Below are positions 1-8,680 of a stretch of DNA of 64,000 bases, in pieces. Below the pieces are notes generated by a model that was given only the letters and a program-made list of their open reading frames with translations, was not told where the DNA came from and searched no databases. This DNA comes from an uncultured Chloroflexia bacterium (GTDB lineage Bacteria; Chloroflexota; Anaerolineae; Anaerolineales; Villigracilaceae). Positions within the stretch are counted from its first letter, which is position 1. Each line of letters begins with the position of its first letter. The stretch is from the NCBI GenBank assembly GCA_963746015.1, contig CAVUZS010000012.1:3924-67923 (forward strand), given 5' to 3'. The position numbers were made by a program, and so were the translations under genes.

Positions 1-111
1 GTATTTACTGGTGTAGGCAACCCGCATTGGCTCATTACAGCTTGGGCACCTATCCAATTCACAAACGTATACCGTCCCTTTTCCCGAGTAAAATATCCCT
101 TGGGTCCTCAT
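1..111 (-). CDS. hypothetical protein, N-terminal 37 aa only (gene runs off the window start)
   Basis: Too short for the ORF track. ATG at 111-109 follows a GAGAGGAGAG purine run. The translation MRTQGIFYSGKGTVYVCELDRCPSCNEPMRVAYTSKY stays open to position 1. CPSC may be half of a zinc ribbon. Function unknown. Confidence 0.3.
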   Translation of the reverse strand, partial: MRTQGIFYSGKGTVYVCELDRCPSCNEPMRVAYTSKY

Positions 112-181
112 GGCGCTCTCCTCTCTCAGCAAGGGGTCAGTTTGCCATGAGAACCTATTTCTATCAATCCTGTAGTAAGTT

Positions 182-451
182 ATGCGCTATTGCAAATTAT
201 CGAAGTATGTACACAGTGGTGGCCCCTATCTGCAAACAAAATCTGGAAGATTATCGCCAAAATATATACCAACTGAATTTATCTCCTGGTGTGAAATGTT
301 CAAAGACGTTCAGAAATATGTTAATATCTTGTTCGCTCTTTATTTTTCAGAGGAATTTAAAAAAATGCTACCGCAAGAAATAGAATCAATACTAGATTTA
401 GCTATTGGCACAGAATATAAAGAATACGTTAAGAAAGTTTGTGGTTTATAA
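182..451 (+). CDS. small hypothetical protein (89 aa) directly upstream of the methyltransferase
   Basis: ORF track 182..451. It is AT-rich like the neighbouring methylase, and its stop lies 6 nt before the methylase ATG at 457. No recognisable motif. It may be shorter or non-coding. Confidence 0.25.
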   Translation: MRYCKLSKYVHSGGPYLQTKSGRLSPKYIPTEFISWCEMFKDVQKYVNILFALYFSEEFKKMLPQEIESILDLAIGTEYKEYVKKVCGL

Positions 452-456
452 ATCCG

Positions 457-1548
457 ATGATCAATGTTAAATTAAATGTTGAAATAGAAAAAAGTATCTC
501 GTTTTTTCCAACAACTCGTTATCAAGGAAGTAAAAGGCGACTATTACCGTGGTTCTACAAAATATTTAAAGACATTACGTTCGAATCGGTTTTAGACGGG
601 TGTGGAGGTTCAGCAAGCGTTAGCTATTTGTTCAAGCTCATGGGCAAAGAGGTTCATTATAACGACATCTTATTGTCTAACTACCAGACAGGATTGGCAT
701 TAATTGAGAATAACGATGTAGTATTGAGTTCAAATGATGTCGAATTTATATTGGCGAAAAACGATTCTCAAATCCCGACTTTCATAAAAGACACTTTTGA
801 TGGCATTTATTATTACCCCGATGAGAATATCTGGTTAGACATGGTTGTGAACAATATTGGGAAACTATCAAATATCTATAGTGGTGATATTTTAGTTAAG
901 AAACGAGCCCTGGCTTATAACGCTCTTTTTCAGGCCTGCCTAACCAAACGGCCTTATAACTTATTTCATCGAAAGAATCTGTATATGCGCGAGGCCAATG
1001 TTCCTCGATCTTTTGGTAATAAAAAAACATGGGACACTCCATTTCCAAACTTGTTTAGCAGATTTGTTCTAGAAACATCATCTAAGGTTTTCTCTAATAA
1101 TAAAGAGAACAGGGCAACTTGTGATGATTTAATGATGTTGAAGAATAATAACTATGACCTTGTCTACCTTGATCCGCCATACCAAAGACCGTCAGATAAT
1201 CATCCTCAAGATTACTATTCTTTATATCATTTTCTTGAAGGCCTAGTAAATTATGATAATTGGTCATCCAAAATTAATTCCTCTAAAATTCACAAGCCTC
1301 TAATAAAACAGGCATCGTTATTTGATAGCTTGAATCCATCGGAACGATTTGACCACATTCTAAAAGCGTTTCAAGAATCTATTATTGTCATATCTTATGG
1401 AGATCCAGGTAAACCCACAGTAGCCGAACTAAAAAGTATTCTTAGTAAGTACAAAAAAAACGTAGAGTGCTTTGATGTTGAATTTTCATATAAATTAAAT
1501 AAGAAAAATGGTAACAATTTACGAGAAGTAATACTTGTTGGTATATAA
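457..1548 (+). CDS. DNA N6-adenine methyltransferase, Dam/D12 (alpha) class, no adjacent nuclease
   Basis: The track ORF 439..1548 starts at TTG; I prefer the ATG at 457 (MINVKL...). Motifs are RYQGSKRRLLPW (the Dam-family Y-x-G-x-K), the AdoMet loop DGCGGSASV, and a downstream catalytic LVYLDPPYQ (DPPY). Confidence 0.8.
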   Translation: MINVKLNVEIEKSISFFPTTRYQGSKRRLLPWFYKIFKDITFESVLDGCGGSASVSYLFKLMGKEVHYNDILLSNYQTGLALIENNDVVLSSNDVEFILAKNDSQIPTFIKDTFDGIYYYPDENIWLDMVVNNIGKLSNIYSGDILVKKRALAYNALFQACLTKRPYNLFHRKNLYMREANVPRSFGNKKTWDTPFPNLFSRFVLETSSKVFSNNKENRATCDDLMMLKNNNYDLVYLDPPYQRPSDNHPQDYYSLYHFLEGLVNYDNWSSKINSSKIHKPLIKQASLFDSLNPSERFDHILKAFQESIIVISYGDPGKPTVAELKSILSKYKKNVECFDVEFSYKLNKKNGNNLREVILVGI

Positions 1549-1684
1549 GCAACAATGTGCTTAATCTACTACACACAACATGCATTGTATGAAGTAGTAT
1601 TGTATAATCGGGGTGATAATCCACTAAAACGAAGCAATTATGCTGTCATTTCTACTTCGCATAAAATAGGGAGAACCGAAAACC

Positions 1685-1948
1685 ATGACAAATCCTGTTA
1701 CCGATTGGAAAGAAGCGCCCAAGAATAAACCACCTGAATGGATGGATTTGAGCAAAGGGTTGTACGTTTGCAAAAACGGTACGATCTGGATTGCGCTTAC
1801 GCCTGAACAGATATCCATGCTGAAAGCGGAAAGTGAAACCAACCTTGGGCACAACTACCTCAGACCGATGTTTAGTAAAGGTTATGCCAAAGCATTGGAG
1901 GATGGTGCAATCGTTGTCCGTATTATGGGAATTGAAAATTTATGGTGA
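1685..1948 (+). CDS. hypothetical small protein (87 aa), translationally coupled to the recombinase
   Basis: ORF track. AGGGAGA Shine-Dalgarno about 9 nt upstream. Its stop overlaps the next ORF's start (ATGGTGA at 1942-1948). No motif recognised. Confidence 0.4.
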   Translation: MTNPVTDWKEAPKNKPPEWMDLSKGLYVCKNGTIWIALTPEQISMLKAESETNLGHNYLRPMFSKGYAKALEDGAIVVRIMGIENLW

Positions 1949-2958
1949 CCGGCCTATTGAGTGCATTTCAAACCCATCTGGCTGAGAACCCGCTGCCATC
2001 CCGCCGGCGGCAGGGAGCGTCCGCTAAAACCATCCAGGGTTATGTCCAGGATATAACGCATCTTCCTGCGCTGGTGGCAGGGGAGCTTTGGCGAAGAACT
2101 AACCATGGATGCGCCTCCGGTCCGATCCATTTCGCCTGAATCGCAAGGTTCTCCAGGATTTTCTGTCCTGGCTCCAGACCACCCAGCGGTATTCGGCCAG
2201 CACAGTCTTGCGCTATGCGGCCAGCCTGCGGGCGTTCTGCCAGTACTTGGTTGGTATCGAAGTCATTCAGCACGATCCGGCGTTGGGGTTACGGCTGCCG
2301 GTTAAGAAGGCCCAGGAACCGAGAGGACTGGACGATGCGCAGCGTGCCCGCTTCGAAGCGGCTTTCCAGTCCCCCTGGGTGGACAAGGTGACGAAGCGCA
2401 AGCGCACCTACGAAACCCAGGCCGGATTACGTTTGATCCGGGACAAGGCGATCGCTTTCCTGATGCTGTATGCCGGTCCACGCGTCGAAGAGGTCGAGCG
2501 GTTGACTCTGGAGGATGTCGAACTGCGGCCCAAATCCGGGGTGCTGCATATCCGCCAGGGCAAAGGCTTCCGGGAGCGGGATGTCCCGCTGCCGAAGCCG
2601 GCCCGGGAACCCCTGGAAGCCTGGCTGAAGGAACGCGAGAAGCTGGGGATTTCGCACGAGGCGTTATTCGTGGAACTACGCGCTGGTGGTCGGCGATTGT
2701 CCCGGCGCTCGATGCAGAACATGGTCGCCGAGGCAGGGCAGCGGGCAGGCCTGGATCGGCTCGATCCGCCGGTGAAGGTCACTCCGCATGTTTTGCGTCA
2801 CACGTATGCATACATGCTGCGCCAGGCTGGGGTTATCCACGGAAGTGCGGGCGGAGATGTCCGGGCACTCCATCGAGACGGCCATGAAATACGGCCGTCC
2901 GAAGGCCAGGGAGAAGGAGCGGGCAGCCGAGGCTCTGGATGATATGGTGGGTGTTTAA
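1942..2958 (+). pseudogene. tyrosine recombinase/integrase (XerC/D-phage integrase family) with two to three frame changes
   Basis: The N-terminal SAM-like domain is split between ORF 1942..2139 (LSAFQTHL...AKTIQGYVQDITHL) and ORF 2109..2942 (RKVLQDFLSWLQ...STVLRYAASLRAFCQYL). The catalytic domain carries ...HVLRHTYA.... The C-terminal LSTEVRAEMSGHSIETAMKY, which holds the catalytic Tyr, is only read after dropping one G of GGGG 2829-2832; the frame then ends at TAA 2956-2958. Confidence 0.75.
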
Positions 2959-3003
2959 TTGATGCGTTTTATATGAAAAACATTGGAATAACGGAATAAA
3001 GGA

Positions 3004-3034
3004 TTGTCAATTATACGGCATTGCCGTATAATTG
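3004..3034 (+). promoter_or_regulatory. sigma70-like promoter plus palindromic operator of the toxin-antitoxin operon; probably a leaderless mRNA
   Basis: TTGTCA (3004-3009), a 17-nt spacer, then TATAAT (3027-3032). The higB ATG is at 3039, only 7 nt after the -10, and there is no SD. A 12-bp inverted repeat CAATTATACGGC-att-GCCGTATAATTG (3008-3034) overlaps the -10. Confidence 0.5.
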
Positions 3035-3038
3035 ATTT

Positions 3039-3350
3039 ATGGAGTTCATCGAAGCCATTGCCTTTACCAAGCACGTATACAAATACCTGACCGATGACGA
3101 GTTTTTGGGATTACAAGGTTTCTTGCTCAAATATCCAGAATTTGGGAAAATTGTTCCCGGTTCTGGAGGCGTCAGAAAACTTCGCTGGGGTGCCTCGGGA
3201 AAGGGCAAGAGTGGCGGTGTGCGTGTGATCTATTACTTCAAAAAGCAGGATGACGAGATTTGGTTGCTTACCATTTATAGTAAAAATGAAACGGAAAATA
3301 TTCCCGCCCATATCCTGCACCAGATTAGAAAGGAGATAGAAAATGACTAA
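3039..3350 (+). CDS. higB: type II toxin, RelE/ParE superfamily (HigB-2-like)
   Basis: 103 aa. Motif GGVRKLRWGASGKGKSGGVRVIYYF...IWLLTIYSKNE. The toxin gene comes first and overlaps the antitoxin gene by 8 nt. Confidence 0.8.
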   Translation: MEFIEAIAFTKHVYKYLTDDEFLGLQGFLLKYPEFGKIVPGSGGVRKLRWGASGKGKSGGVRVIYYFKKQDDEIWLLTIYSKNETENIPAHILHQIRKEIEND

Positions 3351-3630
3351 ACGTGATATTGGTTTAGAAATACTCGAAGGTATTCATGACATTAAAGCCC
3401 ATAAAGCAGGGAAGATTACTTTGCGTACCCATAGCTTGAAAGAACCTGACCCGCCCCAAGTTATTCGCGCTAAACTGAAATTATCTCAGGCGGCCTTTGC
3501 AGGTTTGATGGGAGTCAGCCTGCGTACTGTTCAGGATTGGGAACAGGGGCGGCGGAAACCAAGCGGCCCTGCCGAAGCCTTGTTACGGATTGCTGAACAG
3601 AAACCCGAAGTGTTTACGCAGATTGTGTGA
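3343..3630 (+). CDS. higA: HTH (XRE-type) antitoxin, HigA-2-like
   Basis: 95 aa. LSQAAFAGLMGVSLRTVQDWEQGRRKPSGPAEALLRI is a typical Cro/C1 HTH with the Q-G-R-R-x-P signature. Confidence 0.8.
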   Translation: MTKRDIGLEILEGIHDIKAHKAGKITLRTHSLKEPDPPQVIRAKLKLSQAAFAGLMGVSLRTVQDWEQGRRKPSGPAEALLRIAEQKPEVFTQIV

Positions 3631-3665
3631 TCTGTCAGGGAAATTCTTGGAGTTTGATTTTATAG

Positions 3666-3696
3666 AAAGCCGCTTATATAAATCGGCTTTTGATTT
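3666..3696 (+). terminator. probable intrinsic terminator after higA
   Basis: Stem AAAGCCG (3666-3672) pairs with CGGCTTT (3684-3690) around an 11-nt loop, followed by a T-rich tail TGATTT. Confidence 0.4.
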
Positions 3697-3733
3697 GGAT
3701 GTCTTATGAAGTTGGGCAATAATACAGAAAGCC

Positions 3734-5171
3734 ATGAAACAACTTGTCGATCATGAGTTTGTAGCCCGTGGTGAAGCATTCCGTGGCGATATTTCAGCCC
3801 CAATTACAATTCGCGGAACATACTCTGACTTCGAGCCTAAGCCTGTCCAATGTATAGTCATGCCTGAAACCAGTGTGTGGCCAAGCGGCTTTAATGCATT
3901 TAATGAGGCAAATCCTGCTCAAATGAAATGTAAAGCGCATGATGGGGAAGACGTCTGGATTTCTGGTTTATCTCAGGTTTCATCTTATGGTAATGGCGAT
4001 CAGATGCACTGGGAAGGAGTTGCTGAGACCTTTCTTAAGGGCGATTTAGATGAATTTGACGCAACTGATGGTGAGATCATTTGCACAGCATATATTCCTC
4101 CTACTGCTCTTGCTAGGACTGACGCTAACTATACTTACTCTAATGATGGCACAATCGTTATGGAGCTTCATGGCAGCGCAAGAGAAGGAATTCGTTGGAA
4201 TACAAAACTTGGGTTGGCAGAACTAATAGACAATTACGAGTACATAAATGAAAAAAAACGGCATTAACAAGACTGTGATACGTATTCAGAGGTGCCAGAT
4301 TGTTATAAGGTTTAAGAGCATTGGCTTAGTTTCTTTGGGGAATATACTGCGAGAGTTGCCAACAATATTGGATGAAACTCTGTGGTTGGTCACATTCTTA
4401 GGCCGGAAGAGAATAGCTTGGTACGCTGGTGAAGCAGTTTTCATTCCTGGTGGGGGACCTACTCAAAACTTTAAGCAAGCAGTTATTCACCGCCGAAGTT
4501 GGCTTGGTTACGAAAGCCAAATAGGGAGTGGCGAATTACAGCTTGACCTACTCATTCCTCCGAAAGAGTTAAGAAGAGAGTTGTTTCAAAAATTAATCAC
4601 AAGCTATGAAGCATCGAAGTACAAAGAAGTTATTCGTAGAACGATCCCTCATATTCTCGTGTCGTATGAGCGCGGGTATCTTGAATCACATATCGGGAAT
4701 GCGTACTTGGCGCTAGAGAGCCTCGTTGCCGGCCTTAGTTCTGAGAGAGATGATACCGTAGCTCAATTGATGCAATCGGCAACATTCAAACAACTTACCA
4801 AGAAGATAAAACAGACCATTCACGAAGAAGTGAAAGAACGAGCAACTGCTCAGGGAATCATTAAGAAACTCGGGGAGTTGAATTGTCCCTCTTTTCTTGA
4901 CAGATTGATAAAGTTGATCAAGAAATATGACGTGCCAGTGACGCTGTTATGGCCTTCAGGATCCAACATTGAGTCAGAGCTTCATGACATCTTATTGAGA
5001 CGCAATATATACATCCACCAAGGACGGCTCGCCGATATTGATCTTTCTTTGTATGATTTTGTTCGAGTAAGAAATCTTGTCGAACTCTGGATACTTAAAC
5101 TGCTTAATTGTCCTGATGGAGTAATCAATGTACACGCCTTGAGTAATCTTATGCCTATAGACAAAGCATAA
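3734..5171 (+). CDS. HEPN-motif protein (ApeA-like architecture?), 484 aa once a frameshift in an A8 run is corrected
   Basis: ORFs 3734..4267 and 4248..5171 overlap at AAAAAAAA (4251-4258). Removing one A fuses them as ...NYEYINEKNGINKTVIRIQ.... The C-terminus carries LLRRNIYIHQG, i.e. the R-N-x-x-x-H HEPN RNase motif. The N-terminal ~330 aa could not be assigned. Confidence 0.55.
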
Positions 5172-5702
5172 AACATAATCACCCACCTAATAATGTCTTT
5201 TGATAAATAGATAGATCAAACTCTCGCCATTGAAGGAAAAAGAGGAAAGCCGAATTGTATAGCTTTTCGCTGTAAACATATATCCTCACACTCTTCAAAT
5301 TGCTTTTCAGAAACATCGACCTGACTGCATATGGTCAGGCCGGTTTGCCTGTTAAGATAGTGAGTAGGTGGGTAGCCTACTCACAGGACGAGGTGGATAG
5401 CCTGTCCACGCAACGTTCCCCGTACTCAGACTTGGGTGAGCCTCATCACCCTATCGCCATGAGTGTGCCAGGGGAGCGAGTGTCCCGATGGCACGGGGAT
5501 GGGGGTGAACAAAGAGGCTCGAACTCAGAAGGAGAAGAGAAACGCAGCGGGTACGCAGAATTGATGCGCACCATTTCCCCTGGCAGGTCTTGGAACTGCG
5601 CGGGCGCCTGGATACGCGCTCAGGGGAAGAATGTCATTCTTGCTCTTCTTTATGCCGGGATCCGGCTGAAGCATAAACGATCACGGCGGAAGTTGCTACG
5701 TG

Positions 5703-6011
5703 TCAAGATTCTTGCTGGGCGGAAATCGAGTGCAGATCGTCTGCATTGGGAAGGCGCTGCAGGAGATCCGTAACAGATGAACTGCCGGTTGCGAGCAGCA
5801 ATTCGTGGAGAGAACGCCGGTAGCCCCGGTCATGCAGCCCGCCGGTGACGCGCAGGCGGTCTTTCACGTGAACCTGCACTTCCTGCCCGCCGGTGGTTTT
5901 TCCACCTGGCAGAAGAGCAGATATGTAATACGGCCTGCGGCGTGGGCGGCCAAAGTTGCCTTCTTCACCGTAATACGCATCTACGCGGTAAAATTTTTCC
6001 TGACTTGCTTT
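5703..6011 (-). pseudogene. open frame of 102 codons with no usable start codon (possible gene remnant)
   Basis: My own translation: KASQEKFYRVDAYYGEEGNFGRPRRRPYYISALLPGGKTTGGQEVQVHVKDRLRVTGGLHDRGYRRSLHELL.... An in-frame ATG-TAA sits directly upstream at 6017-6012. The composition is protein-like but I do not recognise the family. Confidence 0.2.
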
Positions 6012-6113
6012 TTACATATTCTGGGGACAGCTAATCTTCCCCTGCCCAAATCCTGCACAATCTGATAAAATATATCTCGTACGCCGAAATCCTTCGATAA
6101 TGCTCAAGACGAG

Positions 6114-6141
6114 CCTCGGCCCCCTCCGGTCGAGGTTTTTT
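6114..6141 (+). terminator. intrinsic-terminator-like hairpin with T6, 75 nt upstream of typA
   Basis: CCTCGGCC (6114-6121) pairs with GGTCGAGG (6128-6135), 8 bp including one G-U, with a 6-nt loop. TTTTTT follows at 6136-6141. Confidence 0.4.
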
Positions 6142-6152
6142 ATCGCCATTAT

Positions 6153-6215
6153 CTGATTGCTGACCCGCTGAATGCTGATTGCTGACCGCGGATAGCTGAA
6201 AGCTGACCGCTGACC
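6153..6215 (+). repeat. heptanucleotide tandem repeat (GCTGAYY-like, about 9 units) abutting the typA start codon
   Basis: 6167-6215 reads GCTGAAT GCTGATT GCTGACC GCGGATA GCTGAAA GCTGACC GCTGACC in perfect 7-nt register. CTGATTG CTGACCC precedes it. One base separates the array from ATG 6217. Confidence 0.7.
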
Positions 6216-6216
6216 T

Positions 6217-8073
6217 ATGCTGAAAGAACGAACCGATCTCCGTAACATTGCCATCATCGCACACGTAGACCACGGCAAAACCACCCTGGTGGATGGTCTC
6301 CTGCGCCAGTCGCACACCTTCCGCGATAACCAGCAGGTGGCCGAGCGCGTGATGGATTCGATCGATCTCGAGCGCGAGCGCGGCATCACCATCCTGGCCA
6401 AGAATACCGCCATCTCCATCCCCGATCCGTTAACCGGCGAAACGGTCAAAATCAACATTGTGGATACTCCCGGCCATGCCGATTTCGGCGGGGAGGTGGA
6501 ACGCGTCATGAACATGGTGGATGGTGTGCTCCTGCTCGTGGATGCCGCCGAAGGCCCCATGCCGCAGACCCGTTTCGTGCTCAAGAAAGCCCTGGAGATG
6601 GGCCATAAAGCCGTGGTCGTCATCAATAAAGTCGACCGCAAGGACGCCGAACCGGAGCGCGTGGTCAACCAGACCTTTGACCTTTTCATCGAACTTGGCG
6701 CCACCGACGAGCAGGCGGATTTCCCCATCATCTATACCCAGGCTACCAGTGCCCAGGCCGGCTTTACCCCGGAACTCGGCCCGGACCTCCAACCGCTGTT
6801 CCAGACCATCCTGCGGCATATCCCGCCGCCGAAAGTGGACGCGGAGGCACCGCTGCAAATCCTGGTCACCACCCTGGGCTACGATGATTATCGCGGTGTG
6901 ACCGCAGTCGGCCGCATCCATGCTGGCACGGTCAAGGTAGGACAAGCGCTGGCGCGCCTGAAAGTTGACGGAACGAACGTGCCGGAGCGGGCCCGCTACC
7001 TGTACACGCACCAGGGTCTGAACAAAGTCGAAGTGGAACATGCCGAGGCGGGCGAGATCATCGCCCTGGCAGGCCTGGAAGGGATCGCCATCGGCGAAAC
7101 CCTGGCCGACCCGGAAAACCCGGTGGCCCTGCCCACCATCCAGGTGGAAGAACCGACCGTCCGCATGACTTTCGGGGTCAATACTTCGCCGTTCTCAGGA
7201 CGGGAAGGAAGGTGGAGCACCTCACGGAAGCTACGCGAGCGCCTGTTCGACGAGCTGCGTACCAATGTTTCTCTGCGGGTGGCCGAAACCGAGGTTGCGG
7301 AAACCTTCCTCGTTTCCGGGCGTGGCGAATTGCACCTGGCAATATTGATCGAAACCATGCGCCGGGAGGGCTACGAGTTCCAGGTATCGCGTCCGGAGGT
7401 GATTTTCCGTCAGGCCGAAGACGGCACCCAACTCGAACCTTACGAGGAAGTCCACATCGAAACCAGCCCCGATACTGTCGGAGTGGTGGTGGAAATGCTC
7501 GGCGGGCGCCGCGGCAGGATGATGGATATGCAGGATACGGGGCAGGGAAGCGTGCGGCTGATTTATATCGTGCCGACGCGCGGCTTGCTGGGTTTCCGCT
7601 ATCAATTCCTGACCGCCACGCGCGGCATGGGCGTGATGAATGCCCTGTTCCATGGTTATGAGGAAATGGCCGGCCCGATGGCCCAGCGCTCCACCGGTTC
7701 CCTGGTGGCCTGGGAGGTGGGTGATACGACTGCCTATGCCTTGAAAAGCGCCGAGGAGCGCGGCAACCTGTTCTACGGTCCGGGAGTGGCTGTATATGAG
7801 GGTATGGTTATCGGTGAGAATGCCCGTCCCGGCGACATCCCGATCAATGTTTGCCGCAAGAAGCACCTGACCAACATGCGCTCATCCCACGGCGATATGG
7901 AAATCCGCCTGACGCCGCCCCGCCAGATGAGCATTGACGAGGCGATCGAATATCTGGCCGACGACGAATTGCTCGAAGTGACGCCACTCTCGTGGCGTAT
8001 CCGCAAGCGCATCCTGAACACCGATGAGCGCGGCAAGCAGCAGAAGAAAGCCAAGGACGCGCTGGAAGAATAG
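6217..8073 (+). CDS. typA: translational GTPase TypA/BipA
   Basis: 618 aa. [15 protein letters not shown] (G1), DTPGHADF (G3), NKVDR (G4), and an EF-G-like domain order throughout. Confidence 0.97.
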   Translation: MLKERTDLRNIAIIAHVDHGKTTLVDGLLRQSHTFRDNQQVAERVMDSIDLERERGITILAKNTAISIPDPLTGETVKINIVDTPGHADFGGEVERVMNMVDGVLLLVDAAEGPMPQTRFVLKKALEMGHKAVVVINKVDRKDAEPERVVNQTFDLFIELGATDEQADFPIIYTQATSAQAGFTPELGPDLQPLFQTILRHIPPPKVDAEAPLQILVTTLGYDDYRGVTAVGRIHAGTVKVGQALARLKVDGTNVPERARYLYTHQGLNKVEVEHAEAGEIIALAGLEGIAIGETLADPENPVALPTIQVEEPTVRMTFGVNTSPFSGREGRWSTSRKLRERLFDELRTNVSLRVAETEVAETFLVSGRGELHLAILIETMRREGYEFQVSRPEVIFRQAEDGTQLEPYEEVHIETSPDTVGVVVEMLGGRRGRMMDMQDTGQGSVRLIYIVPTRGLLGFRYQFLTATRGMGVMNALFHGYEEMAGPMAQRSTGSLVAWEVGDTTAYALKSAEERGNLFYGPGVAVYEGMVIGENARPGDIPINVCRKKHLTNMRSSHGDMEIRLTPPRQMSIDEAIEYLADDELLEVTPLSWRIRKRILNTDERGKQQKKAKDALEE

Positions 8074-8080
8074 GAAATGG

Positions 8081-8140
8081 AACTTCCCGCAGGCTCTTGC
8101 CCCAAACGAAATGAGGGGATGCAACCGCGGGAAGTTTTTT
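8081..8140 (+). terminator. probable terminator of typA
   Basis: AACTTCCCGC (8081-8090) pairs with GCGGGAAGTT (8127-8136), running into a T6 run (8135-8140). The loop is large (36 nt), so the call is tentative. Confidence 0.35.
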
Positions 8141-8159
8141 CGGTTATCGTATGTTGGTT

Positions 8160-8642
8160 TTATTCTGGTTTGACGCGCACAGTTTTTCCGCCCGTGATTT
8201 TGGCAAGGTCGGAAGAAGGCAGCTCGAACACCGCATTGGGTGTCCCGGCGGCAGCCCAAACGTTCGTGTATTGCAATAAATCTTCGTCGATGTATGTCTC
8301 CAGGGGTTGGGCATGACCGACCGGCGGGATGCCGTCAATCGCAAATCCTGTCATGGCTCGAACAAATTCCGGGTCGGCACGACCGATGGCTTCCCCCGCA
8401 TATTGACTGATCATATTTTCGTCCACCCGGTTCGATCCGCTGGTCAGCACCAGGATGCCTTTGTTGCTGGTGCGCCCTTTGAAAATGAGTGATTTGACGA
8501 TCTGGCCGAGCCGGCAGCCCACCCGGTCAGCCGCCTCTTGGGCGGTACGGGTAGACTCGCTAAATTCGATCACTTTAGCATTGGATCCAAGTCCGCGCAG
8601 GATATTCTGGATTTTTTGGGCAGAAGGGCTAAGCGGTTCCAT
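8160..8642 (-). CDS. YbaK/EbsC-type aminoacyl-tRNA deacylase domain protein
   Basis: ORF 8160..8684. I prefer the start at MEPLSPSAQK (8642). It matches the YbaK/ProX editing domain along its length (...VKSLIFKG....ILVLTSGSNRVD...). Confidence 0.75.
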   Translation of the reverse strand: MEPLSPSAQKIQNILRGLGSNAKVIEFSESTRTAQEAADRVGCRLGQIVKSLIFKGRTSNKGILVLTSGSNRVDENMISQYAGEAIGRADPEFVRAMTGFAIDGIPPVGHAQPLETYIDEDLLQYTNVWAAAGTPNAVFELPSSDLAKITGGKTVRVKPE

Positions 8643-8680
8643 TTCTCTTTCTCCATGTTCCAAAATCGGACAATATTTGA

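Noticed and set aside
1585-1610. An extended -10-like TGTATAAT upstream of ORF 1685.
   Set aside because: No -35 element at a plausible spacing. AT-rich DNA produces such matches by chance.
5505-5535. A tRNA or tmRNA T-arm-like string GAGTTCGAGCC on the minus strand.
   Set aside because: The flanking bases do not form a T-stem (CTGAG against CTCTT). There is no acceptor or anticodon arm and no CCA context.
5560-5640. Strings resembling cobalamin (AGACCTGCC) or TPP (CTGGATA..GC..AGGGGAAG) riboswitch cores.
   Set aside because: Only short partial matches. The other conserved blocks of either riboswitch are absent, and no appropriate downstream gene exists on the relevant strand.
5300-5773. 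157-aa + strand ORF in the gap between island 1 and typA.
   Set aside because: It has a TTG start, no SD, and a low-complexity Arg/Gly/Ser-rich composition. The region reads better as structured or decayed non-coding DNA.
6153-6215. The repeats near typA considered as a possible CRISPR array.
   Set aside because: The period is 7 nt with no spacers, and no cas genes are in the window. It is a microsatellite-like heptamer array, not a CRISPR.
6012-6731. Long antisense ORFs opposite typA. The same occurs opposite recA (12723..13727), the CoA-transferase (26080..26748), ald (24459..25343), pyk (27418..28017), the xdh large subunit (31517..33833) and many others in the track.
   Set aside because: They are shadow ORFs, typical of GC-rich coding DNA. 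Their products are Arg/Ala/Gly/Pro-rich and motif-free, and the opposite strand carries unmistakable conserved proteins.
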